A stretch of 24,031 bases of DNA from Azolla caroliniana (lineage: Eukaryota > Plantae > Polypodiophyta). The translations under genes were made by a program, and so were the position numbers. Positions 9,401 through 18,237 of this stretch are shown here, piece after piece; the first letter of the stretch is position 1; every line of letters begins with the position of its first letter. Below the pieces are notes generated by a model. That model was not told the origin of the DNA. It ran no database searches and saw only the letters and a list, made by a program, of their open reading frames with translations. The stretch spans positions 1 through 24,031 of the forward strand of contig JBHGNT010000460.1 of NCBI GenBank assembly GCA_043228905.1, given 5' to 3'.

Positions 9401-12400
9401 TGAATAAGTTTCTATGGTAAAACCTCTGAAATACCCTGGTTTTTCTTTTATTTCCACAAATGCCCCAAGTTTTGGTTATTTCACCAAACAGGCTCAGCCA
9501 ATCACCAGAAGAGGTATAAATTTATAATGTCAGTGCTCAAAGAGCAGATATAATCACTCTTTCAAGGGTTGATCAAGGGGATTTGGGATGGTAAAGAAAA
9601 ATTCAGGATTATTTTGGAGTTTTTCCCTAAAGTGTTTTACAAAAATACCCCACCCATCTGCACATTTAGAGTAACGTCACTACCTGTCACATGAAGGATG
9701 GGGCGGCAGTGACTGGCCTGGTGATTGCTGGGATCTCTCTTATTGCAGTTTCTATTACAGGAAATCCAATTTATGATCCAATTGGCTCAATGTTTGTGGG
9801 CAGCCTGCTGGGAATGGTAAGTATTTATGTCTGTCTTGATCACATCAAGAATGCTTGAATTTGCTAGACAAGTCAGAAATCATTGGGAAAGGAGAGCATA
9901 GAAAATGTGCGCATATTATTAGACAAGTTGGGATAATTGGGAAGGGTCTTAAATTCCAGTATTGCAGGATTAAATCAGGGTATGTGAAAGAATGCTAAAC
10001 ACTCAAGGAAAGTGCTTATGCAAAGTGCTCTCCTGTCAGTTTGTTTTGACAAGCAGTCAACCAAGAAACCAAGCACATGTAATGAAATATAGGTAGTCTG
10101 TGTCTCAAGTAATGCAAAATGCCATACTCTTGTCCCCACCCCCGTCTAAACATAAATAAACAAGACACAAACAGTCAGAAGACACTATAATTCTTGATGA
10201 TTAAACTGCATCAAAGCTTGACAGCATGATCACTTAGGGCTGAGAACATCAAAAGCATGGACAATACAATCTGCAGATGAGATAGCAAGTGATGCTAATA
10301 TTGTCACCAGGCCTCCAGTGGTCTGTACTTTCTATCATTGCATGTGCATACATCTTCATTATATTTGTTCTAGATGGACTATCTTATGTGATGAAAGTCT
10401 TCATAACATGGGCATACATATTTTTGGAGAATATAAGTGATGAACATATGTGATGAAAGTTTTCATAACATGCTAATATTGTCAACAGGCCTCCAACGGT
10501 CTCTTTAATGAACTTTCTATCCTTGCCTGTGCATGCATCTTTGTTATATTTGTTCTAGATGAACTTTCTTATGTGATGAAAGTTTTCATAACATGGGATA
10601 GAGCTGCAATGTGAATATTTATGCATGATGTGGAATGTTAATTACGGCAATGGGATTTCCTGAAGCATTAGAAGATTTAGCTTAATAAAGTTAAGAAAGA
10701 TGTATAATGTCAATAGTGATGAATATCATTCTGTTCAGTTTTTGAGACAGTTTGAATGTGAAGTTGATGTAAACATACCAAATATTTGGTGATGCTGAAA
10801 CATTGACCTTCTCATGGTTATCCATCTTTTGTTTGCTATAGGTTGCTGTGTTTCTGATCCAACGAAACCGGCATGCATTACTAGGGAGGGCAATGGATCA
10901 ACAAGATATGAAACGTGTGCTTGATTTTCTTTCTGTTGATCCGGTAACTTCTATATTATTGGAAGGCGACGTTTCATATGTACTTTTGCCAAAACATGAC
11001 ACCATTGATCTTGGTCATGTTTTCCTAGGCTGTGGATGCTGTCTATGACTGCAAAAGTGAGGTCATTGGACCAAGATCCTACAGATTTAAAGCAGAAATA
11101 GGTAAGCATTAATACAGCTCTTATTTCAGTATGGTTGCAGCAGTTGGTGTTTCCAGAGGTTTCTAATGTGGACTGAGAAGATTCTATTGAATGTATGAAT
11201 TCAACCAATGAAACTGCTGCTTGTTAAGATCTTTGTCATAGAGTGATACAAGGTGGTGATGATGCTGAACTTGGAAAGAGTTACTTTTGGTATGTAGGAC
11301 ATCATGGATATATCCTGGAGGAAATTTTGGTAGAATGGTGCAAATGCCATAGATTAATAGCTGTAACTGTAGTTGACATTCTGAGCTAATGGTCTCAATG
11401 ATGCTGTCAACAAGTGTGTTAAAAGGTGTCAATGTGCTGGAATCCTATCACTTTGACACTTAATGTTGTGTTGCCTTTTTCTCTTGAGTTCAACTGCAGA
11501 GAATGCAGTCTGGGAATGAGAACATTTGTATTATTTGCTTAAAGGCCATCCTGTAAATCGACCTTTTCTTGTGGTACTGGTAACCATGGATAACACCGTC
11601 ACCTATACATATCTTCAGAAAGTTACGTAGATTGACTGAGATCCAACTTCAAATGCCAGAGGAGTCCTGCAATGAGACTCCAAGTGAGTTGCATATACCC
11701 ATGCAGATTGCGTATGCAATCCTCCATGGCATTGTTTCTGCATGGATATTTTTTGGAAGCTGCATGTGCTTGCTTGTCTATTTAACGTTGTAATACTAAA
11801 AAAAAAGAGATAGTAGTATTTTATGTGGACTTATGCCTCATGCTTGTTTTCATGTATTGAATGGATCCAATGTATACTTTTTTCTAATATTACGTGGTTA
11901 GGAATACTTATTTTTTCAAGATTTATTTCCACTAGGTGGAACAGATCTTAACAATACTACTTTTAGGATAGGGATTCACATCCTGATTTGCACATGTCCT
12001 TTGATTGGGATCATTTTATATCTATAACTTTGTGTTGGCAGACTTCAATGGAGTTGTAATTGTTCAGAATTACCTCAAAAAGATTGATCGAGAGGCATGG
12101 TCCGATCAGGTTTGTAGTTATTTATTATGCAGCACTATATATCAAAAAAGATGAAGCGGTTTAGAGCTTATTTTTCTTAAGTTGTAAACTTTTTCGCTAT
12201 TCAATGTTTGGATTCCTGTAACAGTTCAAAGCTGCAGTAAATGATCCAGATGACCGTGCTTTGGACAATGTCATGTCTCTCTATGGTAAAGTGTCTCCTT
12301 TATTTACATTACTATAAAATGTGAGATAATAATGATCTAACTCTTCCTTGTTGGTATGATGTGCACATGGAAATCTCTCAGGGGAGGAGGTGGTCTTAGC

Positions 12401-12503
12401 CCTTGGTAGCGAAGTAGACAGACTAGAAAAAGAGATTCAAAGACTTGTTCCAGGAATTCGCCATGTTGATATTGAAACTCACAATCCCAATGGTCCTCTA
12501 TGA
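6468..12503 (+). CDS. MTPC4: Metal tolerance protein C4 (MTP7 group, ZnT9/SLC30A9-like cation diffusion facilitator), complete, about 491-522 aa
   Basis: Frame-consistent exon chain: 6468-6738, 6934-7044, [7120-7150, 7223-7284 optional], 7937-8003, 8341-8473, 8678-8733, 8892-9006, 9092-9149, 9234-9352, 9697-9816, 10842-10943, 11029-11101, 12042-12109, 12225-12285, 12382-12503 (TGA). Motifs: HSLAD (TM2 HxxxD), HPYGYSKERFVWSLISAVGIF, WRGHDPT, MMEDGAAV, LIQRNRHALLGRAMD, GSEVDRLEKEI, IRHVDIETH. Core exons from 8341 onward are firm; the N-terminal exons and the start codon are less certain. Confidence 0.95.
6751..6819 (+). repeat. 22-bp tandem repeat x3 at the start of MTPC4 intron 1
   Basis: tgaaggttaccaatggacataa / tgaaggttatcaattgctataa / tgaaggttatcaatggatataa. 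Confidence 0.9.
10292..10597. repeat. Intronic duplication (~120-130 bp x2: 10292-10412, 10470-10597) with a 26-nt near-palindromic motif present three times
   Basis: atgctaatattgtcaMcaggcctcc...tatatttgttctagatgRact...tatgtgatgaaagtYttcataacatggg occurs twice. The motif tatgtgatgaaagtYttcataacatg is at ~10385, 10447 and 10570. Confidence 0.9.
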
Positions 12504-13837
12504 TGTGTCTTGCTGAAGTTAACTTGGGGTTTTATCATAGCCTTGCGAATGAGATGTCCTGATTGATCATCGCATATGTGGACTTCTATAATATATCCGT
12601 TCCCAACTTTGGGAGGATGCTGGTTAACATAATTAGATTCTGTAACGTTAAATTTTGGAACCAAAAATGGTTCTGTAGATGCAGCAGCATTGGCAAAGAA
12701 GTATCCCTTGTCCTCATAAGCACACAGCCCATGCCTGAAGAATTATCATTTCTAACAAAAGCTGTGGTGAGGTGAATGGTATGTCACTCACAAATACGTA
12801 TTACACAACAGTAGTATATGTGTTCAATACCAAGGTAGAACAATTGGTACGGTGTGTAATATAATTTCTTTAATGCATTCAATCTTATATAGAACTAGTG
12901 AAATATTGAGGCACTTAGTACTTAGAAGCATGCGAACATTCTAGAATATGTCCAAACTAAAGTATAGGAATGGATGTCTTAGAATAGATATATTCCTCTC
13001 AATCCAGTTTTTATATTGCCTATTATTTGTGGTGGGGTTTGCACCAAGCACTAGTGACACTATTAATGAAGCAATCAGATGTTGTAAAGGCAATATAATG
13101 GAGTGCAAGCCCAACGAGGAATTGACCAATCTATTTGTGGATAGACAACAACTAGTGTTGAAGGCAATTGTCTCAAGAAGACAAAAGGATGTAGAGAGGG
13201 TGAAATCAAACACAAAGGATAGAGCATGAGAAAATTATAACCCTTGATAGGCAAAATATGACCTGTAGGGATCAAGACTTTTTGTTAAATGGTGTGAACT
13301 TTATGAATGTGAGGGCAGAATGATCCATAGAGACAAATTCAAGAAATCTTCCTTGTTTCTCATAAAGATTAGATTTGTGAGTACATAGTCTTTAGCATGT
13401 TGTGCTAGAGCAATTGAACAAATTGCATCATTTGTGTTGCTTGTAGCTTGACTTTTGCTAATAGATTGTTGAGGTCATGCATCCTTGTACCAAAGGTTGA
13501 AAACCAAATCCAGTATGCTTGTAGATGTTGGGAAATGTGTACCTTGGATGTACAAGGATATGAAATAGATAGATTGATATAGAGATCTGCTATGATTGGT
13601 GGGTATCACTATATTGTTTTCAATTTCATAAGTTGTTGGGGTACTAAAAATGCATCTATTTCCATTAATTGAATGAGGATAATGAATTAGATTCACAAAT
13701 TAAAAGGTGTACTCTTGGAATAGTTTACAACTTTTATGTACTGTGTCACCATTTGATTTACTCCATCACTTCAAGCATATTCCAATTTTGATATGGTGTG
13801 ATAAGTATTTACTACATGCTGAAACTTCTCCCTATGT

Positions 13838-13876
13838 GGTTGTGTGTGTGTATGTATGTGTGTGTTTGTGTGTGTG

Positions 13877-13935
<59 letters not shown>
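13838..13935. repeat. (TG)n-like tract followed by (GA)28 microsatellite
   Basis: Read directly; the GA run is 13880-13935. Confidence 0.95.
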
Positions 13936-13939
<4 letters not shown>

Positions 13940-13954
13940 CCAGATGGATGTAGA

Positions 13955-14088
13955 TGTGGAATGAATGCGTGGAAGCAAGTGAGGACCCATCGGTGAATGT
14001 GCACATCAAACAACACAGAGAGTATGACAGAAGATATGATTGAAGCATAGACACAGTTCGAGCTCAAATGGAAGCTTTCGTTATTTTT

Positions 14089-14138
<50 letters not shown>

Positions 14139-14271
14139 AGACTCAATGTACAAGAATGATCAAAAGACTCACCTTACAACATTAGGTTATTGCTTATATA
14201 TTAAGCCCTAACTCTATGGACGTGTTCACACTAGGATACAAAGTGGAAGGAGTCGGCCTTTTATCCCAACA
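13955..14271 (-). repeat. 3' LTR of the outer copia element (~317 bp, TG...CA), with TATA-like box and GA microsatellite
   Basis: On minus it starts TGTTGGGATAA 2 nt after the PPT GGGGGAG (plus ctccccc 14274-14280). The left end TGTGGAATG at 13955 is supported by an independent homologous LTR-end fragment at 15474-15537. TATATAAG on minus near 14193-14201; (CT)n on plus 14090-14136. Confidence 0.8.
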
Positions 14272-14698
14272 AACTCCCCCGTAAAAGGACTATTCTTTTC
14301 TACATGTACAAGTGGTTGGGGTTATCTCCCTCGTAAACCTAGATTACAAAATTAATCTAAATTTATATTACAAGTCAGTCAGCACAAAGCGGAGTTGGTA
14401 AAGGTGAAGTCAATGTTTAGCCTTGTTCATCTAGCCTTAAGGTTAGGTTGGTTCGAGTCGGTCGAATCAACTTGTTCGAATCGTTTTTCATTCGAATTGC
14501 TTTGAATATCAAAGTCGGCTTGTGTTCGATTCTCGACTTCGGCCTTGTGTTGATTGTTCGTAGCTCGCTTATTTCTGCTCTTGTGCTCCTTGCTGGATCC
14601 TTCATCTATATCCGAGTTCGTTCGCTTCTCAATCATTTCCTTTCCAATTAGTATCTTTGCTCAGGGCTATTTCTTCAACCCCTTGTGTTTCCAAACGT

Positions 14699-17600
14699 GT
14701 CAATTTCGCTCTTCTTGTGAGTCTGTTCGGGTCGGTTTCAACTTCCCTTTTGCTTCTCGTTCGGCTTTCTTTTGCTCGGTCACTTGTCGTAGTCCCATTG
14801 TTGTCCTCAGTGTTCCGAAGCGTTGATATGGGAGTGGCTTCATCAGGCAATTGGCGATGTTCACCTCAATGTCGATCTTTCGAACTTCGTGTGTCTTTTC
14901 GGTTATCAGCTCTGGGATGTGATGATGTATTGCACTCTGTTAGTCGCAATAGATGGTTGGTGCTTATTCATCGATTCAGTTTTTAGTCGAAAAATCAGCA
15001 ATTAGTTACTGCAACCAGATCGCTTCCTTCGTTACCTCCGACGTTGCTATGTACTCAACCTCTGTGGTTGACAGGGTCATGCACTCTTGCAGCTTCGACC
15101 TCCATGATATAGCACCGCCACCATAGGTGAAGATGTAGCCTGATGTCGACTTCTGATTATCCGAATTCCCGACGTAGTTAGAGTCTGTGTAGCTTTCGAC
15201 TTCGGTCAGAATTGCCAATCCGAAAGTCAGCGATGCATCTTTGGTCCCTCTTAGATACTTGAAGATGTGCTTGAAAGCCTCCCAATGCTTCTGTCCTGGG
15301 TTTGACATGTACCGGTTGACGACCCCTACGACGTATGTAAGATTGGGTCGAGTCACCACCATCGCGTACATGATGCGTAGGGTACACTTCCTACTACTGA
15401 TGCATAGGGTATCTTTCCATTAAGCTCTTTCTCCTTATCCGTCGAAGGAGAGTCTCTGTTCGATAATCATATCTTTTGTTGTTTGTTGTGCACATTCAGT
15501 AACAGGTCCTCATTTGCTTCAGTGCATTCATTCTACAAGACATGATACTTCCTAATGTTGTTGCGTAGGGTATCTTTCCAGTAAGCTCTTTCTCCTTATT
15601 CGTCGAAGAAGAGTCTTTGTCCGATAGTCAGATCGATGTCGAAAATAGTGTTGGTGTTGGCTTTGAGTTCTCCATGTTGAAGCGCTTCAACACTTTGCGG
15701 ATGTACTCAGATTGGGAGAGTCAGAGTTTTCGTCATCCAATTTCACTCGATCCTCATGCCCAGTATGTGTTGGGCTTGTCCAAGTTCCTTCATCGTGAAC
15801 TTGTTGTGAAGGCTCCGCTTTAGCTAAATTCCTATTTCGGGTTGATTACTTCCTGCAATCAGAATGTCGTCGACATATAGGACCAGATAGATCCGCAACT
15901 CGTCGGCTAGTTGCCTAGTGTATACATGGGTCGGAGTCAGACCAGTTGTATCCGAGTTGCCGGATGTAGGAGTCAAACTTCTGGTACCACATCCTCAACG
16001 CTTGTTTTAAGTCGTAAAGGCTTTTCTTCAATCAACATACGAGGTGACCTTCCTCCCTCGTCACCGTGAAGCCTGCCGGTTGGGACATGTAAATGTCCTC
16101 TTCTAGGTCTCCGTGTAGGAAAGCCGTCTTGACGTCCAATTGCTCAAGCTTTAGGTCTTCGGTTGCCACGAACCGAAGTAGGAGTTGAAGGGTGGTCATC
16201 TTGACTACTGGTGAGAATATCTCGTCGTAGTCGACCCCATGTTCTTGTTTGAATCCCTTTGCAACGATCGAGCTTTGTATTTGGGATTTTCTGAGTCGGA
16301 TACATATTTGTATCGGAAGACCCATTTGCAAGACAACAACTTTCTTCTAGCTGGTAGTTCAACCAACTCCCATGTTTGATTCTGTCAAATCGAGTCCATC
16401 TTGGATTGCATGGGTTGTAGCCAGGTATCAACGTCCGATGCGGCTAAAGCTTCTTCGTATGTGCTTGGTTCACATGCATCCGTGTAGTTGATGTAGTCGA
16501 GACCCGGTTGATAGAACTTTGTTGGCCTTCGATTTCGTCTAGATCTCTTGACTGTCGTAATGATCCGTTCGGATCCTTCGATCGTCACTATCGACCGACC
16601 GACATTTGTTGAACCAGTTATGTCAGGAGTCCTTTCGGACTTGCCCTTGTGATAGGATTTCAGCGATGTCATCACACCCTCCCTTGCTTCGGGATCGAGA
16701 GACTTAGCTGACTCGAATTTGTGTTTCCCTTTGGCCTGGGGTGTCTCGGTTGGGTCAACTCTGTTTTTGACTTGTATCTTGTCGACTTTGCCTTTTTCGA
16801 CTCTTGTCAATTTGGCTTTTTTTTATGGCTTTGTCTTCGAGTTTGACTAGTAAACCTCCTACTGATTCAAAGGCGGCAGGTGTATTCTCGACTTGGTCGA
16901 GTTTGACTTTGTGTCGAATCTCCGATTCAGCTTGGTGAGACGGTCTTTCTACGACTTCTCTATCGATTTTGAAAGAGACATTTTTGCCCACTATTTTTTG
17001 TTGGTTCTGTTTAGAGAGGATAGAGTCTTCATTGAAGACTACATCACTACTCTGGATTGACTTCCAGTTCTATGGGTCCTATAGCCTGTAGCCAAATTCC
17101 CCATTGGTTCTATAATCGAGGAATATGCATTTCGTTGCATGGGGTGCCAACTTAGTCCTATTCTCCTTGGGGATGAATGCGTAAGCTTCACATTCAAAAA
17201 TTTGAAGCCTTTCGTAGGTCGGTTGTTTGACTGACCATAGTGCTTGACCATAGTTCGGTTGATCCTTTCTGCCACTCCATTATGCATGGGTGTGTATGGA
17301 ACGGTTTGTTGATGCTGGATCCCTTTGTTGGACAAGTACTGTTTGAAGGCTCGGGAGGTGTATTCTCCTCTGTTGTCGTATCAGAGTGTCTTCACTCTGT
17401 GTCCTGACTGATTCTCCACTTCGACTAACCATCGAGCGAAGATATCGAGCGCTTCATCTTTGGACCTAATCGAATAGGCTCAAACTTTCCGTGTACAATC
17501 ATCTACAAAAGTGATGAAGTACCGAGAACCTCCTAATGATCGTTCAGGCATAGGTCCACATATATCTGTGTGGATGAGCTCTAGGGGTTGTCGTACCGTC

Positions 17601-17742
17601 TCAAAGTATAGAGAGTGTGGACTTGGGGTTTGTTTCCCGTATCGACAATACTCGTAGAAGTCCGTCTTTGCTTGGAGTTTCGGAATGTAGTCGACCGGAT
17701 ACAAGTTGTTGTACTTGAGTCCGCTTCCTATTTTTAGGTTTC
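14699..17742 (-). pseudogene. Decayed copia pol (integrase, RT, RNase H) of the outer element
   Basis: Fragments IHTDICGP...YFITFVDD, HNGVAERINRT, VAKGFKQEHGVDYDEIFSPVVK, QLDVKTAFLHGDLEEDIYM, YVDD (15866-15877), YTDSNY, ISWRSKLQ, LSTTEVEY, in different frames with stops and internal deletions. Confidence 0.93.
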
Positions 17743-17827
17743 TGTTGGAGACAAAGTCGTCTGTGCGGAAGATCAAGAAGCATTCGATTGCTGTTGAGTA
17801 CCTGCGTATGACAGTTTGTAGGTCGTT

Positions 17828-17871
<44 letters not shown>

Positions 17872-18044
17872 GCACAAAAGACTTTCTTATTCCATAAAGC
17901 AATAATACAACACCCAACCTTACAAAAAGGTTACAAGGTCAATATATATAGTGACCGACTTAGGGCAACTACCCTTTATGCTAATTACATAAATGGCCAA
18001 AACGGGATAGTGTGAATACGTCCATTATACACATGTATTCGACA
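17743..18044 (-). repeat. 3' LTR of the intact element (302 bp)
   Basis: tgttggagac...tattcgaca. Matches 22920-23213 except within the GA microsatellite. Abuts the PPT. Confidence 0.97.
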
Positions 18045-18051
18045 CTCCCCC
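18045..18051 (-). other. Polypurine tract (GGGGGAG on minus)
   Basis: ctccccc on plus, directly adjacent to the 3' LTR. Confidence 0.9.
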
Positions 18052-18237
18052 GTAATGGGCGTATACATGGGTTATCTAAGATTACAGGTATAGACTTAGG
18101 TTCTCGGACATATCAGCTTTGTTCGAGTCGGCAGGGTCTGAAGGCAGAAGACCGAACTGGTCGGGTCGGAACAGTTGAAGCCGATCATTAAGGAACTGAT
18201 GTCGGTTGTCGGGAACCATCCTGTTCTGTGTCCGGCT

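Noticed and set aside
10573-10663. GTGATGA...CTGA as an intronic C/D snoRNA
   Set aside because: No clear terminal stem or rRNA-complementary guide; the C-box word is part of the duplicated hairpin motif.
14417-15005. Short ORFs downstream of RNase H as a possible env-like or extra ORF
   Set aside because: Short and overlapping, partly out-of-frame or antisense to RNase H, with no recognisable domain.
17480-17917. 145-aa ORF ending in integrase sequence
   Set aside because: An accidental fusion of the inner 3' LTR with the outer element's deleted integrase.
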